Origin: the human T2T-CHM13v2.0 reference genome, Homo sapiens
Reading direction: 5' to 3' (one strand)
Assembly: GCF_009914755.1 (NCBI RefSeq)
Contig: NC_060937.1
DNA: 64,000 nucleotides
This document shows positions 17,611 to 33,000 of the stretch, in pieces (the stretch's first letter is position 1; every line of letters begins with the position of its first letter). A model generated the notes under the pieces. That model was given only the letters and a program-made list of their open reading frames with translations. It searched no databases and had not been told where the DNA came from. A program made the position numbers and the translations under genes.

Positions 17611-17754
17611 GAGCCAACTCTAGTTTAACTCTATGTTACAGAGAGGAAAAACATTCTTATTTGTGAAAGTTGACTCTTGTTTGAGCTGGTTGCTCTAAGA
17701 TGCTCAAGGTATGACCCATGGACTACCCTCATCAGAGTCTCTTGGAGTGTTTAT
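17611..17754 (-). repeat. 144-bp inverted repeat, right arm (runs into a MER5-type element)
   Basis: Reverse complement of 16360-16503. Confidence 0.95.
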
Positions 17755-17872
17755 AAAATGCAGATTCTTGAATCCAAATCTTGGGGTGAGAAGGGAGTAT
17801 GTAGTAGAACCACTAAAGCTTAAACAAGTGCCACAGGTGATTTTTATTCATGCCAAAGTTTAAGAACTACTT
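17690..17872. mobile_element. MER5-family (hAT-Charlie) element
   Basis: catcagagtctcttggagtgtttataaaatgcagattcttg...aacaagtgccacaggtgatt...aaagtttaagaactact. Confidence 0.6.
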
Positions 17873-18047
17873 CTCAAGGACAGTTACTCTTTAGTTTAGG
17901 AAAATACTTTAATAAAACATCTTAGTTCTGAAATAAAGCTAAGGTTCCAAGGCTATTCTGTATAAAAGTGAGGACAGAAAACAAACAGCCAAATTGCTTT
18001 GAGTAAGAATAAATTAACAAGAATTTGGGAATTGCCGCCCTGGTGTG

Positions 18048-18355
<308 letters not shown>

Positions 18356-18543
18356 CCACCCCTGGTGGTTTTAAAGAGAGGTGGCTTTAGGAGTCCCAGA
18401 AATTCAGAAAAATGTAGAGAAGGTTCTTGTTAGGGTGAGGGGCCCACAGCAATATAGTGGCAGGGTGTGATCCGAAAAGAATGATGGCTACTGAGAAATT
18501 CCCTGTGGTGGGAATGGCCAACATTAAATGTGAAGTCGCTTCC

Positions 18544-18580
18544 TATTCTGTGTCTTGTTTCCTTTGCTTTTAGGGAAGGA
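18544..18580 (-). repeat. 37-bp inverted repeat, right arm
   Basis: tattctgtgtcttgtttcctttgcttttagggaagga; both copies give [11 protein letters not shown] in the ORF track on opposite strands. Confidence 0.9.
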
Positions 18581-18749
18581 GCTGTTCCATCCATAGGAAA
18601 GCACAGAGTGGGATGGAAACGGGAACAGGATCAGAGCAAGTGTGCACCCTGGCCAAGTTCCTTTCCAAGAATCCTTGGAAATGTGGAGGAAGGTTCTGGA
18701 TTTTCCCAACCTCACCAAATCACAATTAGCCAGGACATCCTAATCATGT

Positions 18750-18975
18750 AGCTCACATTTATTTATTGAGCATCAAGCATATACCAGGCATCTTCATACA
18801 TTATGAAATTTAATCCTGCAAAGTAGGTATTTTATCCTTAGTTTATAGTTGAGGAACTGAAGCCAGAAAGGTTGGATAACAAGCCTAAGATCGATCAATC
18901 AATCAGTTAGTAATAGAGCTGCGACTGAAGCCCAGATCTACCTGACTCCAAAGCCTGTCTTTCCTGCTCCACATT
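18750..18975 (-). mobile_element. MIR
   Basis: atttattgagca...gaggaactgaagcccagaaagg...acctgactccaaagcc. Confidence 0.6.
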
Positions 18976-19315
18976 ATACTACACCCCTTCTCAGAGATTA
19001 AAAAAAAAAAAAGCTCTGGCTGCTTTAACTGGTGTACCTCCAGGTCAACCACTTCCATCTCCTTCTCCTCTTTCAGATTTGCACCTGTTCCCTAACCAAA
19101 GAGAGGAACAACAGCAATAGTGTTCTGTCGGGATCTGTTCAGAGTTAAGGCCACCAATATTGTTCAGAGAATTCAGTCAGCACACCCCTCCCACCTCAAT
19201 CTGCTGTCCCATCTCTCCTCTTCATCACCAAACTTTTTTTTCCAAACTTTCTAAATAGTCTCCACTTGCTGTTTGACTTCTTCATCTTCGTCTTTCTCTT
19301 TAACCCACTGTACTT

Positions 19316-19858
19316 TGTCAAGAACTATGAAAGGTCTGAGATTTCATCCTCCTTGCAAGCTAATCACTTAACCTGCTATAGTTTCATGGAAGCTGGCAGA
19401 AGACGTGGGGCTTTGCAGTCAAAGGGCTGTATTACTCATGGCACAGCAAGCAGCGCCAGTGTCATGTTCAGTCAGTTCCCTTGCCCCCAGGTCTTACCTG
19501 GAGCTACATGGTGTGGTTCAGGTGAGTGATGCACCTGCAGTGGGTTTGCCTCACAGCTGAGAAACTCTATCTAAGCTTAGGAAATCCCCAATCTTTTTAT
19601 AATAGGCTGCAAGAAAACCTGCTTGACCTTTACCTCCAAAGACATTATCTTCACTATATTGGATGGTAAACAAATGTGCCCCTGCTCTTGGCGGGGAGGG
19701 GGAGCAGGGCAGGGGACACTATGTATATTTTCCAAGGCAGTTTGACCAAAAAAAAAAAAAAAATCCTTGAAAATATAGTCTAAAACAAAAGCTGTTAGTG
19801 CCTCTGCTCACAAGACATGCAGAAATACTAGAGTCCCACAGAGAATTGTCTTCCAGCA
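19316..19858 (-). mobile_element. LTR40-like (ERVL) solo LTR
   Basis: tgtcaagaactatgaaaggtctgagattt...cacaagacatgcagaaat...gagaattgtcttccagca. Confidence 0.7.
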
Positions 19859-19977
19859 CATTTCTGCATTTCTTCCCACTAGTCATACAGAAGATTGCTC
19901 TCTTGAAAATGATCAGTGATCTAATTTCCCGATCTAACAACCTTCTAGAATCCCAGAAATAAACTCATAGGACAATA

Positions 19978-21225
19978 ATCATTCAAGAAATATTTATTGG
20001 GTAGCTTCTATGTGCCAGGCACTGTGCAGGCCCAAATAGACATGGTCTTTATCCTAATGTGGGGAGCAACAGACATTAACCTAGTAGTTACACATACCAA
20101 AATGTAGTTACAAGCTGTGGTAAGTCATAAGAGGGGAGGGTATATGGTGGTAAGAGAGCTGACATAACAAGGTATCTTGAATGTATCTGGGAGGTCAGAA
20201 ATGTTTTTCCCAAGGATGTCGCTTTCAAGCTGAGACCTGAAGGATGAGTAAGAGATAGGATAACTAAAGGAGAGAATGGCATGTACATAGAGCCTTTGGT
20301 TGTTGGGATCATAGCATTTTTGAGAAACTAAAAGAAGACCAGGAAGTCTGCCCAGGAAACAAGGTGAAAATGGTGTGAGATGAGGCTGGAAAAGGCAGGT
20401 AAGGCCAGACCTCGTATGGTCTTTTAGGCTGCCTTAAGAATTCTAGACTTATCCTAAAGCAATGAGAAACTGTTTAAGGAGATTTTTGGAGTAGTGACAT
20501 AGTCTCATTTGCTTTCTTAGAGGATAATTTTGGCTGCAAAATGGAGACTGAATGGAGGATCCCAGATTGTATACAGTGAGATCGAATTAGATTGGTGGTG
20601 ATTGGAAAGAAGTAGACCAATTAGATTTTAGAAATAAAATTGCCAGGAGTTAGTGCTGCAACAAATATGGAGAATGGAAGAATGGAGGTGAGGGAGACAT
20701 CAGCGGTTACTGACTACTAGATATTTGATTTGAATAACTAGAGAGATGGGGGATAAGGAAAACAAGTGTTCATGAACTCAGTTGGACTAAACTTTGCAAC
20801 TTTGAGATATTAAGTGGCCATGTCAGTGAAGCTTGGAATTTAGAGGTAGGGTCAAACTTTGACTAGTGGATCAGATTTGGAATTTAGAGGAAAGGTCTGG
20901 GCTGGAGGCATATATGTGGAGATCACTGGCATATAGATGATAACTAAAGCCATTGGCGTGGGTGATGCTGCTTAGGCCAAGAGATTACAATGAAAACAGA
21001 AAAGAATCTAAAACTGAATTTTAAGGTACTGTTATATTTAATAGTTAGGGAGACCAGCAGGAATATGCAAAGGAATCAGAGAAGCAGTGCCTAGGAAACT
21101 AAGGAGGAAAACCAAGAAAATGCAGTGTCAAAGGAAGAAGAAATGTTTAAGAAAGAATAGTGGTCAAAGTGTTGAGTATTGTTGAGAGGCCAAGAAAGAT
21201 GAGGATTGAAAATGGCTCCCATTTT
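19978..21225 (-). mobile_element. L2 LINE 3' fragment
   Basis: cattcaagaaatatttattggg...tatgtgccaggcactgtg followed by a purine-rich L2 body. Confidence 0.7.
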
Positions 21226-23199
21226 ATTGATAAAAAAAAAGTGAAGCATTGAGAAGAGAACTTGTTCAAAGCCAACATAATTTCTTGACCCTCTCTCTGT
21301 TCCCAGAGAACTCATACTGGTGCACATGCTAGGGTCATTTATGTGTGGGTTTTCTTCTCTCCAAAGGCCATAAATTCCTTGGTCTTCACTTTACTTCACC
21401 TTACTGCATTGCATATTATTGACTACAATCTCTAGGTCTTCAATAACATTCTTAAATTATGTGTTAATCTCCTTCAAAAACAGCTGATCTTCTTTACTCT
21501 GCCTTTACATGTAGGCATGTCCCAAACATATTTTTTTAAATATAGTTTTTAAAAGTGCCATGTCTTGGCCTCTCCCTGGACAAAGGAATCAGAATCTTGA
21601 GGGGGTAGATTGCAGGATTCTGTATTTTCAAAAAGCTCCTGAGTAGGAAGCAGAGTAGGAAAGTATTAGCTTAGCGGTAAGTTTGGAAACCACTATCTTA
21701 GTCTCAGACCAAGCATAGTTGGGCAGTAAGATGGGGAAGCCACCCCATTCGCCCACACTCTGATAAAATCCTCATACTTTGAAACAATATACAGTTATAC
21801 TTCAATTATTCCAAGATCAACTTGCCAGCTGTCTCGAAGAGGGCCAAATCCAAAAGTTAAGAAAAGGAAACATCTCTCACAGGGAAAGAACTTCTGATAG
21901 TGAAGAGCAATGAAAATATCTCAAGATACCACTGCCCTATTTACAACCAGAAGAAAAGAAACCTCTCATTAGCTGGCTGTGGACATAAACATCCCATCAA
22001 TCTTCACCTGGAGCCGCAGAGAAAACCAGCCGAGAAAGGAGAGAAGAATGAAAAATAAACAGTAAAGCAGAAAGAATAAGAGGAAGGATCAGAGTGGATA
22101 GAGGCAGATGAGGAGATGAAAAGCAGTGAAGGATTTTAGAAGAGGTGATGAGAACATTCCAAAGAGGGAAAAAAAGAGAGCACCAAAGTAGGGATTCTAT
22201 ACACCGCAGCAATCCTCTGGGACTTAAACGTATGGCCAAGATATCGGTTTGAGAGTCAGTTATCAACAAAGGATTTAATTAGCCATTGTATTCTTTAAGA
22301 ATATAGAGAATAATCACATTTTAAAGAGATTTCTGTAAAACAGTTTTAAAAATACAGCTATTTTAAAAGATCGCACAATTAATACACTGAAATAAAGCCC
22401 AGACATGCAACTTGTTACATCCATCACCATTTTTGAAAGGACAGTTCCTGAGGTTGGACTCACCGGCCCAAGTACTACCCCCTCCCCAGGTCTCCGGCGG
22501 CAACTGTAAGTCAAAAGCCCTCAGGCATTATTGCAGCGTCCCACATTGTTTGAGGTTCCAGGAAGTCGCTGCTACGCTCACTTGTAAGTCTTCGTGCTGT
22601 TGTAAAAATTGAGGTCGTGGTTTTCCACGCGATTTGGCTGGCGAAGAGACCACGAAGCCACCCCCCACGTTTTCAACTGAGTAAATATCTAAATATTTTT
22701 GCTTGCTATCCAGATCCTGGGTTGGAAGTCTTTGGGATTAGAAACTTCCAAGCCCATTTCAGAGGCTTCCTAGTCCTTGGGAGGAGTGTCTTTTAAAGCA
22801 CCTGCCAGCCTTAAGTTCGCGTGCTTTCGGAAAGGGGCCGACAGGGTGCGTCTCAGGGGAGCCTTTTGAAATGTGGATTGAGAATTGTGTGAGTGTCTCT
22901 AGGAACCTCCATTAACTCCACTTTTCCTGAGTGTAGCTCCGAGCCTGGCCACAGCGGATGCTACCACAAGCCAGGCGCAGCCGGGCCTCGGGAGAAAGCC
23001 GGAAGCCCGAGAGGGTGTGGGCGCTCCGGGAGCCAAACGCGGCCGCTCAGCCGCCACGCGCCGGTGGCCCCGCGGGGACTCGCGTTCCGGTGAGAGAGCC
23101 CCGGCGCGGCGGGCTCGAGGCGGGGGTTCGGGGTCCCGGCCGCGGGCTCCGTCGGCGGGGCCCGCGCAGCCGCACTCGGCGCGCCGACTTCGGGCTCCT

Positions 23200-23466
23200 C
23201 CTCCCGGCTCCGTAGTAAGCATGGCGGCGGCGGCGTTCGTGGTCCCTCGGGTGAAACAGAAAGCGGGAGCTACGCGGAGAGGGAGCGAAGAGCGGGGCTG
23301 AGGCGGCGGCGTCACTGCCAGGAAACAACCCCAACAGTCAGCGCGCCGGCGGCCGCGGCGGCCCTGAGAGCTGACTCTGCAGCTGAGGTAGAGAGACAAC
23401 GATCAGGAACCCTAAGAAGAGGCGCCAGAGGAGCCGCCTTCTGCCTCAGAACGGCGTGACTCGGAG
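23200..23466 (+). other. FNDC3A: FNDC3A non-coding first exon (5' end approximate)
   Basis: Inside the CpG island; ends at donor GAG|GTGAGA (23466/23467). The TSS cannot be fixed from sequence alone. Confidence 0.7.
23221..23301 (+). other. Upstream ORF 1 (26 aa, MAAAAFVVPRVKQKAGATRRGSEERG)
   Basis: agcATGG strong Kozak context, TGA at 23299-23301; the only ATG in the predicted exon 1. Confidence 0.55.
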
Positions 23467-23872
23467 GTGAGAGCGCGGGCACTCCCTCCGCGAAAGGCGG
23501 GGGACACCGAGCCGTCCCAACCCCGTCCCGCCCCGGAGGAGGCGCCGCGGAAACCGTTAGGCTGGGACTGAGGGCCGGGGCACTCTCCAGGGCTCGGCCC
23601 CGTCGAGGGGCGCGGACCACCCCCTTCTGTGGGCGCGCTGTGGGCAGAGGTGCAGAGGGGCAGTGGGGCCGGGGACAGGACCGGTCTACTAGTCGGGCAC
23701 CTGCCGGGGCCGAGCCTAGCCAGGACACGCTTGCGGGGGCGCGGCCGGGGGCGCCATCCAGCCCAAGAGGAGGCGGCATCTAGCCCGAGGGAGGTGGCGC
23801 TGGTGCGCGGGCGGCCCTTCTCTCTGTCCCCCGCCTCCTCCCCGCGGCGAGCCGCGTAGCTCCGGAGGGCTC

Positions 23873-23904
23873 GGGGGCGGGGGCGGGGGCGGGGGCTGGG
23901 GCGG
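23873..23904 (+). promoter_or_regulatory. (GGGGGC)4-GGGG G-quadruplex-forming tract / tandem Sp1-KLF GC boxes
   Basis: gggggcgggggcgggggcgggggctggggcgg in the 5' part of intron 1. Confidence 0.7.
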
Positions 23905-26900
23905 AATCCTCCTGAGAGGATCGCCCAGCACCCGCGGCGCCTTCGGCTTTGGCCGCCCGGCAGCCGCCGAACTTGAACGCTTTTCTGAAGAGAGTTTTCC
24001 CCGCTCATCTTGGGGTTAAAACCTCGAAAACCCGCCCTCTGTTTGATCCTGCGTGGCTGCTTCCAGTACCTGGCAGTTCCTCTCCCCGGGCGAGTTAACC
24101 ACCTGTTCAGTCGGGAGGTGGACTCGAGGCTGCAGTCCTCGCCCGGTTTTAACAACCTGGATCTTCGAACTTTTGACACGGCTTTGGAAACGACGTCATG
24201 TGTTAGGTAAAGGAAAATGAACAGATAATTTCGCTGTCAGATTGCGAGCAGAAGAGGGACTGTTTTAATGGATGTGGTCGTTAATTGTTCTTTTATTCAA
24301 CTGTTAGCGTTACAAGCCTTGGGATATTTTAGAGGGTGGAATGCGATGATTTGCTGGGGGTGCTAGAGATTGTGAATTCGAGATTTTCTTTTGTGAGATT
24401 TTACGTAAGTTCCTTTGGACACCTTTGTGTCTGACCATCTATTAAATAAGAGTCGCAGGCTGATGAGATTTTTTTTTTCTTTTTGCGGTATAATCATTAT
24501 GTGTTCACTATGGGTTTTTAAAACCGAACAACGTAATTATTTTGCTTCTTACTGTGGTCTGTGTTTTTTAGTTCTTGAAACCAAAGTGTGTATGCTTCTG
24601 TATTGTAGGAATGAAATAACAGTTGAACTCTTACTATAATATTTTATCACCATGCTGTTACCAGCTCCAGTACTAAACATACGCCACTCAGGAGTTTGAG
24701 CCATATGTTAGGCAGAAACGAATTGAGTTTTGTGGTTCTGATCTTATGTTTGGATAAATATTTAGTTTTTGCGTATTTACTAACTCTTGTCATCTTGTGT
24801 CACCCACAAATGTTCAAGTGAGTTGAATCCCCTGTCTTTTGGATATTTTCTTGGTTGAATTAATTTTTCTTAAGTAATGAGATGAAGTACTCACTGAGAC
24901 AGTTGGTGGCCCAACAGAAAACAGTGATGAAGGATTTTTACCACATCTTTTATGAAATATAACCTGAAATGTTGCTTTTAGCTTTGTAGCCTACTAATCT
25001 TGCTTTCTAATCACACCAGTTAGTGGGAAGAAGGGATGATGACAGGAGAAACATCTTGTTAAAATTTTAATATTAAATCTTATATTTAAATTTTTTAGCA
25101 CTACTACATTAAATTTTACTATATTGTCTTGTTTCATTTCATAGATCATCTGTTAGTTTTCTATGTGTAGGTTAACTGGAAAATTTTTTATCCCAGGCTG
25201 GCTACCGTTAGCCACCTGTATGCTTCTGAATTAACTCCCTCTTTTTCCCTTTTGTCTGAATCCTCCAAATCATTGAATGCTCCGGAAAAATAAAATCCTG
25301 GTTAACACTGTCAAGCATAGTTATAAGGGTAATTAATTTATCCCAAATTAATAATAAGCATTAAAAAAAACATTCTAGGATTATCTTCTTTTGGTGACGT
25401 CTGTGTCTTCACTTCCTCTATCTGTGTGAGTAATTGAGACCTGATTTATTTTAACACACATGTAATGATTACTCTTTACTAGTCACATTTCTACAATATA
25501 ATAGTAAGCATATTTTATTACTAATTTAAAAATTTCTCCCTCTTCCCTGACCAGCCAGACATAGCTAAGGGCTGAGACATCCTTAACCCCCCGAAAAAAA
25601 GAGGGAATGCATGATTCATATTCTCATTGTCTTTTGTAGTTTTAGGCAAAGAGCATTTAATTTATACTTTATCAATTTTTAGTAATATTTGCGCTGTTTT
25701 AAAACATTTGCATTTTTTAAGATGTTCATGACATCCAAGGCTTGTGTATTTTATAATCTGCCAGTATTTTTAAAATACAATTTGATGAAGTAACCAAAAA
25801 CGTTTTTTTTTTGAAACATTGTTGGTGCATTTTTGAATGAAAATGAATCTAGATCGTGTCTTTGAGAATGGTGTAGGGATATGCACATGATTTCCAATTT
25901 TATTAGCCAGATAACTAAGTGATTAGTGTTTCTGGTTTTTTTTTGTTTGCTTTTGTTTTTTTTGTTTTGTTTTTAGCATTGCCTAGCGGACTTCAAATAA
26001 ACTCACAATATTGTAATTCCGAAGGTTTAGAATATGGTGCATATTTATTCCATTGAGCCTTTTACTGCTTCAGTTTATCACATTGCAAAACAAGAAATAT
26101 GGCTCCCATATGTGTGAATGTCAAAAACTACTTGTTAAAACGAAATTAGTGGCCATTAATGTTGAAAGGCAAATTTTGTACTTTTACATGTATTGTGAGC
26201 TTTTATAATTTTCTTAATATTTTGGTCTTATTTCAGATAATTATTCAGTGGTCTCTTTTTATATCTTTATTCTTACCTTTCTGTCTTCCCACTGTTGTGG
26301 TTTTGCTTGTCTTTAATATATACTTTCAAGTTTTCTGTGTAACCTGTGGTCTTCCATCAAGTTCCTTTGTGGGTGTCATCTTTCAATGTTTCCAATCACT
26401 TATCACCCATTACCAGTCCTTGGGCTATTTTTTCCTCCAAGATTGAGAACTACACCTGGGAGATGTCATGTGCTTGCAGGGTGATGCAATGTTATTAAAG
26501 TGGGGATACAAACATAGTGTGATGTCTTCCTTCCTTCAAGTAGTTTACAAATTAGTTGGGGGTACTAGACTAATAGTATCATTAGCAAAAATTATAATAT
26601 GGTATTATTAAGTTGTGTGACACCAACTGGAATTTAAAGGGAAGTGAAGCCAGTGAGAGCTAGAACAATCCTGGAAGGCATTTGGAGGGAGTCAGAGGAA
26701 ACTTAGAAATGATTTAGATAACAAAAGGAAAGGCATTCCAAAAGAGATTCACAGGCAGAGTTGGAAGTAGTAGTAGAATAAGTAGTCCAAGAGCATCCAA
26801 GGACAGAAATTGGGACGAAGAAAGAAAGAAAGTTAGGTCGAGATGTTAGCTTAAGCACCAGGGCATCAGAAGAGGAAAATAGGCAGAGCTGGACAAGACA

Positions 26901-27016
26901 GTTTGTATCATTAGGAACCTATCACTGAAAGAACTATACCTCAGCTTTGACATATTAATAGCTTAAGCTTTATGTATAATGGATAGCTTATATGTGTTTG
27001 TTTGTATGGCTTAGGT

Positions 27017-27233
27017 CAGGGGTCGGCCAACTTTTTGTGTAGAGTGCTAGATAATTAAATATTTTAGGTTTTGCAGGCCATTTACAGTCTCGGTTGAATG
27101 TTCTTGTTTGTTTGTTAGTTTTTTATAATCTTTTAAAAACGTAAAAATTTTTACATTGTTGTCTCAAGAGCCAAACAAAAACAAGCCATCTGTGGACTGG
27201 ATTTGGCCAGGGGACCTAGTTTGCTGACTGCTA
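27017..27233 (+). mobile_element. MER58-family (hAT-Charlie) element
   Basis: caggggtcggccaactttt...aaatattttaggttttgcaggcc...tagtttgctgac. Confidence 0.65.
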
Positions 27234-30200
27234 GGTAATAATTGGCAAAGTAATTGTCCATATAGCACATACTGTGAAATGTCTTGCATCATCTTGTCTA
27301 TATGGTGGTTTGGGCGTTTTATGACTATCATGTATATATTTTTCCTTATGTTATCCTAAAAAAAAAGTATGTAGAAATAAGTGCTTCTGTAATTGTTATT
27401 TTGTGGCCAGACTTCTAACAAGAGCCTAGAATAGGTCTCAGAATTAGGAAGTGAAAGACGAAAAGCCTTTGAGTCAGGCCTTACTACAGTGAAAATAGCT
27501 ACACAGTGGCTTGATTTAGAATTTGTATAAGGTTAGGTGTATCAACTGCCTGTGCTGGTTTTACATTTTTAAAAACAGCTGGCAGGTTAAAAACCTTGTC
27601 TAGGATGCTGGTGGTCTGTAAGTGACAACAGATGAGCAGGCAGTAGGGATCTTTGTTTTTAGAAGTAGTCTAGGATGAGTTAATAAAGGGACAAGCAGTT
27701 GGACATTCTGCAGTACTCCAGAAAGAATCACTCTGTTATGGAACAGTCTAATAATTGATATTTACATTGATGAGCTTGAGTCATCAAGAAAAGATTATAT
27801 CATGTGCACATTAAGGCACGGAAGAAAGACCTAGAGATCTCTTTACAAATAATTAAGATTTTTTTAAGATAAGTTATGGTGATTTAAAGGATATAAGTAT
27901 CAGCTGTTTTGAAAAGTAATTTACATGAAACATCTCTGAAGTTTCTAAATTTATAGATATCTATTTCTAAGGCAGTTCTGTTTCCTTCAGTATACTGTGG
28001 TTCATGTGCCATTACCAGGTGAATAGTGATGCCTCACGCTGTGGCTGCACAAATCAATTGGCTGGGGCAACTGTATTTTTTGTGGCATCAAGAGAGCAAG
28101 AATACATCATGAGAGCATTTTTTCATTAAGCAGGCATCAGTACATTCCATATATCAGGGTTAGTATTAGGTGCTGGAAAAAGTACAGATGTATAAGATGG
28201 GAAGCAACCTGGACAGAATCAGTGATGCTTCTTTCTTCCTGTTAAAAACATTAAAACCAACCAAACAAAATCATGAAACTTAACTTTTGTACTTTAATTT
28301 ATTATTAGCATTTTTCATACTTAGTACATACAGTACCGTAATTTTAAGGCAATATAAAGCTTTTGATTTAAATAACAGCCTTCATAAATTGCTACTTAAT
28401 ACAATTTTTACTTTTTAAATTTTAGTTTAAGGAGAAATTCATGCCCTCCCTCTTTTTTTGTGAATGCTTGAAACAGCTTCACCATGCCAGCTGTTTCCAT
28501 TTGCTAAACAAGAGGTAAATTAAAGTACCTTGGATGGTGACTCAAAAGTCTAGTTCTTAGTTCTAACTTCACCACTTATTACCTATATGATTTTGGGTTA
28601 GTTTCTTGCAATCTTGGTTTTCTAAGCATTAAAATAGAGAATAATATCTATCCTGTTTTCCTCAAAGATATTGTGAGAACCCACAGAGATGTTGGAAACT
28701 ATAAAAGCATTAAAATACATACCATAAAAGTGCTTACATTAATGCTACTATATTGGAAGCAATGCAGCCTTTTTTTTTTTTTAAGACCAGAGTTCAAGCT
28801 TTATCCTCCAAAGTTCTGTAAACATAGTATGTTTCCAGTAAACATTCAGTTGAGCTCATTGAATTTTAGAACCTATACTTGCTTATTTTTAAAATCCTAT
28901 ACAAACCTGCCAGATATGTGGTGGTATTCTCATTTTACAGATGAACTATACTTCTGATTGACTTCCATATCTCTTTCTCCTTCACTTCTTGAGATCTCTT
29001 ATGTGCTAGTTGCTAGAAATACAAAGTGCAATGTATACTTTGAAGTAAGCCTTGGTGTAAAAGTTACCTAAGTTTGGTAAATTAGATTGTGTATGTTAAT
29101 CAGCCTCTATCAGAAATGCTGGGGAAAAAAAAGTGTTGTATCTGTTTTCTTTCCTCAGAATCCATATTTTAATATATATTTGAACTTTTAAAAACTTAAA
29201 TGATTTCGCTTCACTACTTCTTCAGTGAGGGATTACTTTAATTGGTTTATGTATATTCTAAACCGACAGACACATAATTTGGGAGGCAAAAAAATCTTAC
29301 TTCTCTAGGGGTTCTAAACAGATATTTAAGTACACTTTAAATCACAGTTTAGACTTTTATTAGAAAGTAATTACGTGCTTTGCTTTATAGAAGTATATGC
29401 CATATACAGCAACTACTTTTGTTGAGCCATAACTTGAAGGATTAGTCATTTCATTTACTTTAAAATCAGTTTTTCTTAAGATTTGCTTAAATAAAAAGTG
29501 AAAATTCATAATTTGCGATTTTATGTTTAAATTTTCTAAATTTTTTTTGTTTTCTTAAGACAGACATTCTCAATTATGTCTTTGTTCTTATGACTTGATT
29601 TTTTTCCATGTAATATTTTCATTTGTAATATATACCTAAAAAAAATTTTTAGCATAGTACCTTCATAGTTTATGAAGTACCTTTTTGTTTCTTTAGTAAC
29701 TATTAGGATCAGCTTTTCCTGATGCTTCAGATTGGTATTCCTGAAATAGTATGTTCGCATTTTTGTTTTAATCACTTGAACCTTACTAAAACTGGCCTAG
29801 TGTGTGTGACAGAGTAGCCTTTGGGTAAAATGTAGGGGCTACTGCCCCTCTAACCATCTTTTAGGCTGCTTCCAGGATATTTAAAAAACATGAATTTATT
29901 CAGATCATTCCCCAGTTTTAGAAATCGAAATCACAATACAATTCCTGCTGCATTAATTATAATTTCCTTTGTCTTTGAGAGTCCATACTCTGTTGATATC
30001 CTATTGTGTCATCATTTCTTACCTCTTTACAACTTTGTGATATAGTGTAGAGAACATATTTCTCATTAGGCAGCCACAGGATTGTTAGTTGACTTCTCAT
30101 ACTGGCTGTATAGAAACATGAGTGTGCTACTTTACCTGTATGAGCCTTGGTTCGTTCATTTTACAGTGTAGTAATAATAGTAGCTATCTCCTAATATAGA

Positions 30201-30672
30201 CTGTACAAGAATTAAAAGATCCTATTTAACATGACAAGTAAAATGCTTGCCATAGGATATTTATATCTAGAACTTTGACAGACATACCTAATCATTGTCA
30301 CTCAGGCATCCTGCATATCATTCATTTATTCATTTGCCTATCATTTGTTGAACATTTAAAATGTCCTAGATACTTAGAATATGAATGTTGAATGTCACAA
30401 AAATGAATGTCACACTCCCTCCCCTTTAGAAATTTACAGAATGGGATGAGAGATAATGATATGTAAATAAATACATATTTTTAAATAATTAAAATATCTT
30501 GTGTCTTTTCACTTGTGTGAGTCCTTCCTGTCTTTTAATATTTAAATGCAAAATGTTTCCATAATACCCACAGAATATCTGGGTTGTATATATCATACTG
30601 TAATGTATATATATTTTTTACTTGTCTAAATCAGCTATTCAACTATGAACTCCTTGAGTTTGACCAGTACTA

Positions 30673-30895
30673 CTGGAGTCAGCAACTTTTTTAATATAAG
30701 AGAAGGTAGTAAATATTTTAGGCATTGTGGACCATATGGGCTCAGTTGCAACTACTTAAACTGTGCTACAGGAGCACAAAAACAGCCATAGATAAATTAT
30801 AAACAATGGGCATGACTGTGTTCCTATTAAACTTCATTTACGAAACTAGGCAGCAGACCAGATTTGGCCCACAGGCTTTAGTTTGCCAACCTCTG
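30673..30895 (+). mobile_element. MER58A (hAT-Charlie) element
   Basis: gtcagcaactttt...gtaaatattttaggc...gatttggcccacagg...gtttgccaacctctg. Confidence 0.72.
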
Positions 30896-31189
30896 CAATG
30901 GTGCATGCATATACTTTTATTTGTGCTTGACAAATAAAAGGCACTTAGTAAATAATGTGATTAATAGGCATTAAACACTTTCTGTATTCTGGGTGCTATT
31001 GCAAAAAACTTTATATGTATCAGTTTACTTAAGCCTTAAAACATCTCTCTGCGGTAGATACTATTATCACCAAATGTCATAGAGTAATAATAGAAGCACT
31101 TTCATTAATAGATAGGAACACAACATTGGTTCAAAAGTCTTAGGCAATACATTAAGAACAAGAAAAATAATTAACCTGTAAATAAAGGG

Positions 31190-33000
<1,811 letters not shown>

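Larger units (their letters stand above)
22820..24200. promoter_or_regulatory. CpG island / FNDC3A promoter
   Basis: Abrupt switch to very GC- and CpG-rich sequence in an otherwise AT-rich, CpG-depleted window; GC boxes, CRE-like CGTCA at ~23310 and ~24194. Confidence 0.93.

Noticed and set aside
22616-22672. ER-stress element (three CCACG motifs upstream of the promoter)
   Set aside because: No CCAAT-N9-CCACG, ATTGG-N-CCACG or TGACGTGG arrangement; isolated pentamers are not significant.
22893-24210. Long Arg/Pro/Gly/Ala-rich ORFs on both strands (up to 255 aa)
   Set aside because: Expected from stop-codon depletion in a CpG island; no recognisable domain. Only the ATG-initiated part at 23221-23301 is kept as a uORF candidate.
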